Positions 10,055-18,671 of a DNA stretch of 64,000 nt are shown piece by piece; within the stretch, counting starts at the first letter, position 1; every line of letters begins with the position of its first letter. Where the stretch lies: positions 640,001 through 704,000 of the forward strand of contig CAWDYW010000001.1 of assembly GCA_963806855.1 (NCBI GenBank), written 5' to 3'. The stretch is from an uncultured Verrucomicrobiae bacterium (GTDB lineage: Bacteria; Chlamydiota; Chlamydiia; Chlamydiales; Rhabdochlamydiaceae). The translations under genes and the position numbers were made by a program. The notes under the pieces are model-generated. The model searched no databases. It was not told the origin of the DNA and worked only from the letters and a program-made list of their open reading frames with translations.

Positions 10055-10137
10055 TGACGCAAGTTTGCATCAACTTAATAATGACGCATACTTGCGTCAC
10101 TATTTTATTGACGTAAACTTGCGTCGTCAATTATGAT
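10055..10137 (+). promoter_or_regulatory. Three 18-bp palindromic operators overlapping the hip-like promoter
   Basis: TGACGCA-N4-TGCGTCA-like boxes at 10055, 10082 and 10109 (27-bp period); TTGACG (10108)-N18-TATGAT (10132). Confidence 0.8.
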
Positions 10138-10157
10138 AAGTATTAAAGGGGAATAAG

Positions 10158-11060
10158 ATGGAAGTGATTTGCTGTCAATGTCATAAGGGAATTTCTGAGA
10201 ACGAAGATCGATGGTATGGGCTACATAAAAAGTGTTTCATTAAGGTCTTTGGATTGGCAAAACTGGTAGAATTTCGGGATTTAGTTGCAAGATCACAATC
10301 CCAAATTCCCCAAGAGGCTCCTGGGAGAAATATTAGTTTTTTCCACGGGGCTTTTCGAAAGTATTCAGCTCAATTAGGTGGAGTTGGATACATCCTTAAA
10401 GTGCAACAAAAAGAATATCCTGAACTTCCCGAGACCGAGTTTTTATGCAATCAGATTTTTGCAAGCTTAAAAATTAATGTACCCGCTTATTATTTGTTGA
10501 GATTTCCCGAAGATCAATTTTGTTTTGTCACTAAAAATTTCATGTCAGGATTGACTTCGTCGGATCTTGTCCATATTTATCATTTTGTGCACAGTGGGAT
10601 AGCCTATGATTGTGAAAATATTATAAGGATCATCGGAGAGCAAACAGGAAGAAGGGCTGAGCAAGAAAGATTTGTTTATTTAACCTTGGCAGATAGTTTG
10701 ATTGGTAATCATGATCGACATGGGCGAAACTTGGGTTTTATCCAGTCAATAAAAGGAATGCAGTTAGCCCCGTTTTATGACAATCCTTCAGCTTTAGCTC
10801 TTGAAGATCATTTCATGCTAGGTGCAGATCTGCAGCCGAGAGGATCTATTTTTACAAAAGAGAGCGATAAACCTATGATGCTTGATTATGTCGTTGAGTG
10901 GAAGCGCTTAGGTTATGATTTTGTTATTGAACGTTTTCGAGCGAACCTTTCTCTCAAAAAGATAACAAACTTAATCGAGAAAAGCCATTTAAGTGAAAGG
11001 AGGCAAAAAGCGTTTCTCAAGTTGATCAAAGGTAGAAGTGAGGAACTATGCGGCATTTAA
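10158..11060 (+). CDS. HipA/HipT-like Ser/Thr kinase toxin
   Basis: FHGAFRKYS loop, YILK, ETEFLC, LIGNHDRHGRN catalytic motif, LAPFYD. Confidence 0.85.
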   Translation: MEVICCQCHKGISENEDRWYGLHKKCFIKVFGLAKLVEFRDLVARSQSQIPQEAPGRNISFFHGAFRKYSAQLGGVGYILKVQQKEYPELPETEFLCNQIFASLKINVPAYYLLRFPEDQFCFVTKNFMSGLTSSDLVHIYHFVHSGIAYDCENIIRIIGEQTGRRAEQERFVYLTLADSLIGNHDRHGRNLGFIQSIKGMQLAPFYDNPSALALEDHFMLGADLQPRGSIFTKESDKPMMLDYVVEWKRLGYDFVIERFRANLSLKKITNLIEKSHLSERRQKAFLKLIKGRSEELCGI

Positions 11061-11743
11061 AAATCATTGGAGTTAATATATTTTTGGAAAAGAGAAAAAC
11101 GAGAATGCACGTCGGAATCCTCCAAAGGGTCAGGGAAAAGTTTGTTTTTACCTATGATAAACACTATTTTAAAGCTAAAAATGTGATTCCGTTAGGTCCC
11201 GAGTTTCCATTAACACAAGATGAATTCAGCTCAGAGCGCCTTTTCCCTTCTTTAGTAGATCGTATACCCTCGACTCGGAATCCTGCTTATTCCGAATATT
11301 GTTTAGCAATGGGGGTAGATCCTAAAGAGCCAGATCCTATTATTTTATTGTCTACAATAGGAAGAAAAGGGCCTTCATCGTTTATTTTTTATCCCATTTA
11401 TGAACGAAAAATTACGGCGAGGGATGTGGTTGAATTTCGGGAATCACTTGGATTTACGACCAGGGAATTTGCAGATGTCTTTGAATTTTCTCAGTCGGGA
11501 TTAAATGCATTTGAAAGAGGGCGTTCATTAGGGCCGGAAATTCTAAAGCGGTTAGAAATTATTATTAATTTTCCCGCTGTAGCACTAGATTTTTTAATCA
11601 TAAATGGTGGGTGCTTGACGTATGAGAAATGGCTGAAGTCAACAGAAAAACTCGCCAAAGAAGGTAACAAGCAGCATCAAAGATCATCAATAGGGGGCGA
11701 AAATCAAAAAATATTTAATGCGGCGCCTGGTCCGGTTTTGTGA
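11048..11743 (+). CDS. HipA N-terminal (HipS-like) domain fused to XRE HTH, putative antitoxin
   Basis: VGIL, FVFTYD, LGPEFPL and LFPSLVDRIP (HipA_N-like), then FRESLGFTTREFADVFEFSQSGLNAFERG HTH. Confidence 0.8.
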   Translation: MRHLKIIGVNIFLEKRKTRMHVGILQRVREKFVFTYDKHYFKAKNVIPLGPEFPLTQDEFSSERLFPSLVDRIPSTRNPAYSEYCLAMGVDPKEPDPIILLSTIGRKGPSSFIFYPIYERKITARDVVEFRESLGFTTREFADVFEFSQSGLNAFERGRSLGPEILKRLEIIINFPAVALDFLIINGGCLTYEKWLKSTEKLAKEGNKQHQRSSIGGENQKIFNAAPGPVL

Positions 11744-11884
11744 ATTTTTGAAACCATCATATTGGCCTGCCTGTAAAGTTTCGTTCCTCGAAGGTATTAT
11801 GAGAATACCCCCCTAATCGCGAAACTTTGTAGGCAGGCAACTCTAGGTCTCCCAAAATTCACAAAACCCATACGGGGCAGTATA
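11716..11884. mobile_element. Degenerate ~169-bp palindromic MITE-like element
   Basis: Paired blocks GGTTTTGTGAATTTT/AAAATTCACAAAACC and GCCTGCCTGTAAAGTTTCG/CGAAACTTTGTAGGCAGGC; right end resembles the 30.5-kb element. Confidence 0.65.
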
Positions 11885-11972
11885 AATTTCCAGGTTTGTT
11901 GTCAGGTTCCTATTGCAGATTATTCTTTAGATGGCTATCATTGACGTTTTTGAAGAGCTAAATGGCTCTTGC

Positions 11973-12044
11973 TGGGGTGTCGCCAAGCGGTAAGGCAGCG
12001 GTTTTTGGTACCGCCATGCGGAGGTTCGAATCCTTCCACCCCAA
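11973..12044 (+). tRNA. tRNA-Gln(TTG)
   Basis: Acceptor TGGGGTG/CACCCCA, anticodon arm GCGGT-TTTTGGT-ACCGC, GGTTCGAATCC T-loop. Confidence 0.96.
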
Positions 12045-12048
12045 GTAC

Positions 12049-12083
12049 GAGGGAGTTGCAAGCTTTGGGTTTGCAACTCCCTC
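12049..12083. repeat. 35-bp hairpin after the tRNA (terminator/processing site or collapsed MITE)
   Basis: Perfect 13-bp stem GAGGGAGTTGCAA/TTGCAACTCCCTC. Confidence 0.6.
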
Positions 12084-12102
12084 TAACGAGGTTTTTCCTA
12101 GT

Positions 12103-13015
12103 ATGGATAGCAATGCGTTTACTTTGTTTTCTGGGAGCTTCGCACCCCGAGCTCGCAAAACAGGTAGCGGTTCCCTCCATGTTAAGCTGGGAAGAGTCTC
12201 GATATCAACATTTCCAGATTGCGAGATAGGCGTTCAAATTTTAGAGAATGTCCGCGGTCGGGACGTTTTCGTTCTGCAAACTATCGCACGACGTCCCAAC
12301 CACTATCTCATGGAACTGTTGATTATAGTCGATGCTTTGAAACGCGCCTCTGCCCGCTCGATCCATGTTGTCATCCCCTATTTTGGGTATGCGCGGCAAG
12401 ATCGGAGGGATAGAGAGAGGCGAGTGCCGATCACTGCCAAACTTGTCGCAGATTTGCTTGAAAAGGCAGGTGCGGACTGGGGTGCTGACGATGGATCTGC
12501 ATGCAGAGCAAATCCAGGGATTTTTCGATATACCAGTCGACAATCTCTATGCTCGTCCCCTCCTCCAGAAAGCAGTAGAGGATTTGGGATTGACCGACTA
12601 TGTTGTGGTCGCCCCGGATCTTGGCAGTATCAAACTAGCTCGAGCTTTCGCAAAAGATGCGGAGAGCGAGATAGCGATCGTGGATAAGCGGCGCGTGGAC
12701 GCAGAACATGTTGAGGCAGGAGCCTTAATCGGCAATGTCAAAGGGAAGCAGGTGCTTCTCATTGATGATATGGTCTCAACTGGTGAAACACTAAAGAAGG
12801 CAGCACGTGTTTGCAAAAGTGCAGGTGCGCGTGAGGTCTTCGCCGTTGCCACCCACGGGCTAATGGTTGAAGAAGTGTTTACAGGAAGTGCGATTGAAAA
12901 GTTGATTGTAACCAATACGGTTCCTCTTTCAAAGAATTTGGAGAAGAGCCCGCAGATTCATGTTGTATCGGTTGCATCTCTTTTTAGTCGAGCCATCGGG
13001 TTATCGCTTGGCTAA
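12103..13015 (+). CDS. prs: Ribose-phosphate pyrophosphokinase (frameshifts, probably sequence errors)
   Basis: FPDCEIGVQILENVRGRDVF, PYFGYARQDR, DLHAEQIQGFF, LIDDMVSTGET and ATHG motifs distributed over three frames. Confidence 0.92.
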
Positions 13016-13071
13016 TTCCTTTCTGCTCCAGTGAAGATAGAATTTTTAGAAATGCAAATTGGAGATATTGA

Positions 13072-13623
13072 ATGAATCTGAGTGCAAAAAAAAGAACCGG
13101 GGACAAAACGGTTAATCAAATTCGCCGAGCTGGTGGCATCCCTGCAGTTTTTTACTCCCCTGGAGATTCCGGGCACCCGATCGAAGTGAATGGGCCGCAA
13201 TTTGAAGCTGCCATGCGAGACATTAAGCCTGGGCGTCTTGCGACGACAAAGTTTACACTCGATATAGATGGGAAAAAAATACAGGCGATTGTCAAGGATA
13301 TCCAGTACAATCGGACAACTTATCAAGTGATCCACCTCGATTTCGAAGAATTGAAAAAAGATGTGCCCGTCCGAATCAATGTGCCTATCGAGTGTGTGGG
13401 GCAAGAAGACTGTGTTGGGATTAAATTGGGAGGCTTTTCGCGCCAGATTATCCGATCTGTTCGCGTTCGATGCCTACCTCAAGATATCCCAGTAGAATTT
13501 AAGGTCGATATCCGCAATTTGAAAATGAAACAAGCGCTTCGCATCTCTGCGATTCCGATGCCTAAAGGTGTAGAGACTTTGGTGAAGGATGAAGTGGTCG
13601 TTGTGATTGGGAAGAAGCCATAG
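13072..13623 (+). CDS. rplY: 50S ribosomal protein L25 / general stress protein Ctc
   Basis: IRRAGGIPAVFY, VKDIQY and VIHLDF motifs; prs-rplY-pth synteny. Confidence 0.93.
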   Translation: MNLSAKKRTGDKTVNQIRRAGGIPAVFYSPGDSGHPIEVNGPQFEAAMRDIKPGRLATTKFTLDIDGKKIQAIVKDIQYNRTTYQVIHLDFEELKKDVPVRINVPIECVGQEDCVGIKLGGFSRQIIRSVRVRCLPQDIPVEFKVDIRNLKMKQALRISAIPMPKGVETLVKDEVVVVIGKKP

Positions 13624-13760
13624 TAACCTTAGTTATTGGCTTGTTCTCCTCAGGAGCAGGAGAGATTTTCGATGAGATTGATTTCTTTTTTTCGAAAATC
13701 ATAGCCGAAGGCACTATTATTGAGAAAAAATGAAATCAAGCTCGCGAATTACTGAGGTTA
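13624..13760. mobile_element. Degenerate ~137-bp palindromic MITE-like element
   Basis: Ends TAACCTTAGTTATT/AATTACTGAGGTTA; inner arms TTGATTTCTTTTTT/AAAAAATGAAATCAA; fills the rplY-pth gap. Confidence 0.55.
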
Positions 13761-13767
13761 GAAAGCA

Positions 13768-14340
13768 ATGGAAGAGCGCTATCTCATTGTCGGCCTCGGT
13801 AACCCAGGCAAGACCTATGACGATACGAGACACAATATTGGGTTTAAGATCGTCAAAGCTCTTGCCGAAAAGCACCAGATTACCTTTCGTCCCTCGTTAA
13901 TTCGGATGAAAGGAAGTGTGGGAGAAGGGACGATTAAAGAGAAGAAAGCGCACCTCTTGCTGCCACTGACCTTCATGAATGAAAGTGGGGCATCAGTGAG
14001 GAAAGGGGTCGACTACTTCGAGATCCCCCTCGATCATCTGATCGTAGTGGCCGATGACGTAGACCTACCGTTTGGGAGTCTGCGGCTAAGGGAGAAGGGA
14101 AGTAGTGGCGGCCATAAAGGATTAAAGAGCATTGAGGCCCATTTAGGGACCCAAGAATACACCCGCTTAAAAGTGGGAGTTGGAGGACGAGAAAAGGGTG
14201 ATCTCGCCGATCACGTCCTCGAAAAGTTTACAAAAGAAGAGCAAAGTGCTCTGCCAGAGATTGTAGATAGAGCTGTGATGGCTCTAGAGCTTTGGATTGC
14301 AGAAGGGGCGCCGCCTGCGATGCACGAAGCGAATAAATAG
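13768..14340 (+). CDS. pth: Peptidyl-tRNA hydrolase
   Basis: LIVGLGNPG, TRHNIGF, TFMNESG and GSSGGHKGLKSI motifs. Confidence 0.96.
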   Translation: MEERYLIVGLGNPGKTYDDTRHNIGFKIVKALAEKHQITFRPSLIRMKGSVGEGTIKEKKAHLLLPLTFMNESGASVRKGVDYFEIPLDHLIVVADDVDLPFGSLRLREKGSSGGHKGLKSIEAHLGTQEYTRLKVGVGGREKGDLADHVLEKFTKEEQSALPEIVDRAVMALELWIAEGAPPAMHEANK

Positions 14341-14349
14341 GAGATATAA

Positions 14350-14694
14350 ATGTCAAAATCTAGTCAACATCTCTATGAAGGGATGTATATTTTAAGTGCC
14401 ACGTTGAGTGAAGATGCGCGCAAAAAAGCGATGGAGAAGATCACCTCCTCGATCGAGCATCATGCTGGCCAGGTGCACAAAGTATTCGAACAGGGTCGTA
14501 AAAAATTGGCCTATGAGATCAATGGCCGCAAAGAAGGATTCTACTATGTCCTTTATTTTACAGCCGGTTCATCCAGCATGCCAGAACTATGGAGAGAGTA
14601 TCAGCTCAATGAAGATCTGATCCGCTACATGACCCTACGTGCTGAATCAGTACCTGAGAAAATTGAATTTAAAGTACTGGAAAAAATGGAGTAA
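14350..14694 (+). CDS. rpsF: 30S ribosomal protein S6
   Basis: YEGMYIL and GRKKLAYEI motifs. Confidence 0.95.
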   Translation: MSKSSQHLYEGMYILSATLSEDARKKAMEKITSSIEHHAGQVHKVFEQGRKKLAYEINGRKEGFYYVLYFTAGSSSMPELWREYQLNEDLIRYMTLRAESVPEKIEFKVLEKME

Positions 14695-14696
14695 TT

Positions 14697-14960
14697 ATGA
14701 CAACAACACAGTTCCCAAAAAAGAATATCCCAAGAGAGCCTCTCTTTGGTAAACGGTCAAGATCTTGCCCTTTCACTGAAGCAGGTATCAACTATATCGA
14801 TTACAAAGATATCGATACATTAAACCAGTTCATCACAGAACATGGGAAGATCATTCCTCGTCGCATCAGCGGGATTTCTCTTCGGCATCAAAGAATGCTC
14901 ACCAATGCGATCAAACGGGCCCGCTATATGGCCCTTCTGCCATTCGTCGCACAAGATTAG
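14697..14960 (+). CDS. rpsR: 30S ribosomal protein S18
   Basis: [15 protein letters not shown] and [13 protein letters not shown] motifs. Confidence 0.97.
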   Translation: MTTTQFPKKNIPREPLFGKRSRSCPFTEAGINYIDYKDIDTLNQFITEHGKIIPRRISGISLRHQRMLTNAIKRARYMALLPFVAQD

Positions 14961-14969
14961 GAGTAAAAC

Positions 14970-15437
14970 ATGAAGAATCAACTATTATTATTAGAAGATG
15001 TAGATGGTGTAGGACGAAGCGGTGATATCGTCACTGTGCGACCCGGTTTTGCTCGCAACTGTCTAATCCCTCAGCAAAAAGCAGTCGTCGCGAAGAAACA
15101 CCTCGTGAGGCTCCAAGATCGTCTGAGAGAAGAGCGGTCTAAGAGAGCGGTCGTCGATAAAGCCGAAGCGCTCGAACTTGCCAAAAAACTGGAAGGTCAG
15201 ACTCTGAAAGCCTCGATGAAGTTCGATGCCGAAGGGCATATGTACGGATCAGTGACAGCCCATGATGTGGTCATCCTGTTCAAAGATCAGCTAGGACTCG
15301 AGATTGAGAAACGGAACGTCTTGATCCTGAAAGGGATTAAAGAAAAGGGGACGCACGAGATCGAGCTCCGCTTGAAAGAGGGAGTTCCTGCCAAGATCAT
15401 CCTCGAAATCGTCCCTGAAGTGAAGAACGAAGGTTAA
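14970..15437 (+). CDS. rplI: 50S ribosomal protein L9
   Basis: GRSGDIVTVRPGFARNCLIP and GHMYGSVT motifs. Confidence 0.96.
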   Translation: MKNQLLLLEDVDGVGRSGDIVTVRPGFARNCLIPQQKAVVAKKHLVRLQDRLREERSKRAVVDKAEALELAKKLEGQTLKASMKFDAEGHMYGSVTAHDVVILFKDQLGLEIEKRNVLILKGIKEKGTHEIELRLKEGVPAKIILEIVPEVKNEG

Positions 15438-16276
15438 TAATTTTCACTCTTTTTTCGCCGGCGAAAATCAACCTATTTTTCCGGGTGCTAAGTAAGCGCC
15501 CGGATGGGTTTCATGAGATTGCTTCCCTCTATCAGGCGATCTCTTTAGGGGACTTTCTCACCATCATTCCTAATGACGGGGCCGATCGGCTCATCTGCAA
15601 CGATCCTACAATTCCCACAGACCAATCTAATCTCATCCTCCGCGCTGCCAACCTTTTTCGACAGAAAACGGAGCTGGAGCGCTACTTCACGTTCATCTTG
15701 GATAAGCGGATCCCCATTGAAGCCGGGCTTGGCGGTGGGAGCAGCAATGCGGCGACCACATTGTGGGGGCTCAATGAAGTGATGGGAACAGCAGTGGAAA
15801 TCGACGAATTGAAAACCTGGGCAGCCGAGTTAGGATCCGATGTCCCTTTTTTCTTAAGTAGCGGAAGAGCCTACTGCGAAGGGAGGGGGGAGAGGCTCAC
15901 TGCAGAGACCCCAACATCTAGTGATCAGCTCTGGATCGTAAAACCCAAGATAGGTCTCTCTACACCGGCGGTTTACAAAAATCTCAATTTAAGTGCATTG
16001 CAGGGCCGCAATCCCATCGATGCGCTCCACAGTCACCGCACTGGCGCCCCTCTTTTCTTCAACGATCTGGAAGAGGCAGCCTTCCAATTAGCTCCGGAAT
16101 TAATGCAGATCAAACAAGAATTAACTCTCCTTGGGCTTAAAGAAGTGCACATGACCGGCAGCGGCACAGCATTTTTCTGCTTTGGGAAAGAAGCCCCTCA
16201 TCATTCCCACATGACATTTTACCCCGCACACTTTCTCTATCGCAGCGAGCAGGACTGGTATAAATTTCCCGACTAG
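15437..16276 (+). CDS. ispE: 4-diphosphocytidyl-2-C-methyl-D-erythritol kinase
   Basis: SPAKINLF (upstream of the tracked GTG), KRIPIEAGLGGGSSNAA, LGSDVPFF and MTGSG. Apparent start is ATA at 15437. Confidence 0.92.
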   Translation: MIFTLFSPAKINLFFRVLSKRPDGFHEIASLYQAISLGDFLTIIPNDGADRLICNDPTIPTDQSNLILRAANLFRQKTELERYFTFILDKRIPIEAGLGGGSSNAATTLWGLNEVMGTAVEIDELKTWAAELGSDVPFFLSSGRAYCEGRGERLTAETPTSSDQLWIVKPKIGLSTPAVYKNLNLSALQGRNPIDALHSHRTGAPLFFNDLEEAAFQLAPELMQIKQELTLLGLKEVHMTGSGTAFFCFGKEAPHHSHMTFYPAHFLYRSEQDWYKFPD

Positions 16277-16313
16277 TCTATAGTGATCCTTCATCTTCTA
16301 GTGGAGTTAGCAC

Positions 16314-17293
16314 TTGCACGATCAGATTATCATTGTCACAGGAGCTGCGGGGTTTATTGGTTCAGCAGTCGTCAGGCATCTCAATGACCTTGGCTACAAC
16401 CGAATCCTTCTAGTCGACGATATTGCAAAAACCGATAAAGTGGAAAAATCTCCTAGGAAAACGGTTTGATGATTTCATCTCCATAGCATGCTCTTTTTCC
16501 ATGGCTCGAGAAAAGGGCTGCTGAAGTAGCCGCAATGATCCACCTTGGAGCCTGCTCCGACACGTTAGAGACGGATGGCGACTATCTGATGGAGAACAAC
16601 TTCCGCTACACCCAAAAGCTGTGCCCAAATCGCCGTAAAGCATCAGATTCGGTTCATCTATGCTAGCTCTGCCGCCACCTATGGCGATGGGAGCCTAGGC
16701 TTTTCCGATGACATCGATCATCTCGAGGAGCTCCGCCCTTTAAATCTCTATGGATTCTCAAAGCACCTGTTCGACCTGTGGGCCAAAGAACAGGGGATCC
16801 TCGATCAGATCGTCGGCCTGAAGTATTTCAATGTCTTTGGTCCAAATGAAAACCATAAAGGGCACATGGCCTCGATGGTCTACAAAATGCTTCCCAAAGT
16901 GGCCAATGAAGGGGTAGTTCATCTTTTCAAGTCTACCGAGCCCGATCGATTTGGTGATGGCGATCAATGCCGCGATTTCATCTACGTGAAAGATGTGGCC
17001 AAGATGACCTGTGGATTTTTATTCAATAATATTAGTGGAATTTTTAATATCGGAAGAGGTGAGCCTACAACTTGGAATCAATTGGCCAGTGCCCTTTTCC
17101 AAGCGACGGCAAAGAAAAGAACATTCAGTATATTGAAATGCCTGAAGCCTTGAACAAACAGTACCAGAACTATACTTGCGCCGACATGAGCCGATACTTG
17201 AAAAAAAACCACCAGCATGAGCCAATGACTAGCATCGGAGAGGCGGTGATCGATTATGTCCAGGGCTACCTTCTCAAGGATAAAACATGGTAA
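16314..17293 (+). CDS. hldD: ADP-L-glycero-D-manno-heptose 6-epimerase (frameshifted)
   Basis: [39 protein letters not shown] and RDFIYVKD motifs across frames. Confidence 0.9.
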
Positions 17294-18618
17294 AGTTAAT
17301 CGGAATGCTCAGCCGTTTGGGCCCAGTCAAAGTCCTCGTCATCGGAGACTTCATGTTGGATGCCTACACGACTGGCAAGATCCAACGGATTTCACCAGAA
17401 GCCCCCGTTTCCGTCCTCAATGCTCACAGCGAAGAAAGTCGTCCCGGTGGGGCAGGAAACGTAGTCCTCAACCTTTGCGCCCTTGGAGCGAAAGTCATTG
17501 TCGCCGGGCGTGTCGGACGCGACTACGCTGGGGAAGAGATCCGCTCAGCACTAGAGCACGAAGGGGTCGATATCCGTGGACTCCTCTACCAAAAGCGTTA
17601 CAAAACACCGGTCAAGAACCGATTCATCGCCGACTCCCAGCAGCTTCTACGGGTCGATTTTGAGACCATCACCCCCCTGCCAGAAGAACTCGAACAAGAA
17701 CTCATTCAAAAATTGCCCGACCTGATGGAAGAGTGCCAAATTGTCGCCATCTCCGACTACGGCAAGTCGTTCCTCTCCAACACCCTCCTCGGAGTGGTGA
17801 TCGAGATGGCCAAAGCCCACCATGTGCCGGTCATCGTCGATCCAAAAGGGATCGATTTCACCAAATACCGTGGTGCAACCATCCTCAAACCTAACCTCGC
17901 CGAAGCCTACGCTGCCGCCCGCCTTCCCCAAGACATTTCCCTCGACGAAGTCGCCGCCACCGTCCTCAAAACCTGCGGCGTCGAGCAGCTGATGATCACC
18001 CGTTCCCAAGCGGGAATTTCCCTCTTCAAACGGTCAGGAGAGCGACTCGACTTCCCTGTCCGCTCCAAAGAGGTCAAAGATGTGACTGGAGCCGGGGACA
18101 CTGTCCTCTCGATGCTCAGCGTGGCGCTCGCCAATGGCCTCGACATCAAATACGCTGCGCAACTCGCCAATATCGCTGCCGGCATGGTGATCGAGCGGAT
18201 CGGCTGCGCGCAAGTCTCCCTCTCCGATATGGCCGAGCGGCTCATGGAATTCGACGAAGAGAACAAAATCTTCGATGGGGAGCACTTTTTTGCCCTGCAG
18301 CAGTCGCTCAAAGGGAAAAAATGTTCAGTCCTCAGCCTCGAAGGCAACCAAGGGATGTCGACCGCCATTTTCAAGAGCTTGCGAAAGCTTGCCGCCAAAG
18401 AGCCTGAGAACAAGCTGGTCGTCTACCTGCGCGATCGGCAGCCCGATAAAGAGTTCATCTCCCTCCTCTCCTCACTCTCTGACGTCGATTTCATCGTCAT
18501 CGAGTGCGCCAGCCTAAAAAACCTGTGCGATCTGATCCAACCTGCGGATGTCTACGCCATCGAAGAGGGTAAGCTGATCGATCTCGAAATGTCACCCGTT
18601 AATCTGAGTACTGTTTAA
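17287..18618 (+). CDS. hldE: Heptose-7-phosphate kinase (HldE kinase domain) with degenerate C-terminal domain
   Basis: GDFMLD, RISPEAPV, GGAGNV, SDYGK, VDPKG and DVTGAGDT motifs. Confidence 0.9.
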   Translation: MVKLIGMLSRLGPVKVLVIGDFMLDAYTTGKIQRISPEAPVSVLNAHSEESRPGGAGNVVLNLCALGAKVIVAGRVGRDYAGEEIRSALEHEGVDIRGLLYQKRYKTPVKNRFIADSQQLLRVDFETITPLPEELEQELIQKLPDLMEECQIVAISDYGKSFLSNTLLGVVIEMAKAHHVPVIVDPKGIDFTKYRGATILKPNLAEAYAAARLPQDISLDEVAATVLKTCGVEQLMITRSQAGISLFKRSGERLDFPVRSKEVKDVTGAGDTVLSMLSVALANGLDIKYAAQLANIAAGMVIERIGCAQVSLSDMAERLMEFDEENKIFDGEHFFALQQSLKGKKCSVLSLEGNQGMSTAIFKSLRKLAAKEPENKLVVYLRDRQPDKEFISLLSSLSDVDFIVIECASLKNLCDLIQPADVYAIEEGKLIDLEMSPVNLSTV

Positions 18619-18671
18619 AAAATAAGACAATTTCTCTATACTTAGGCCCCATTTAATGGAGCACTATTCTC

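Noticed and set aside
10055..10126. Regularly spaced palindromes as a mini CRISPR array
   Set aside because: Repeats are 18 bp with 9-bp spacers, there are no cas genes, and the promoter position fits operators.
11938..12229. ORFs overlapping tRNA-Gln, including an extended prs N-terminus
   Set aside because: They are translations of the tRNA and its hairpin; prs starts at ATG 12103 after GAGG.
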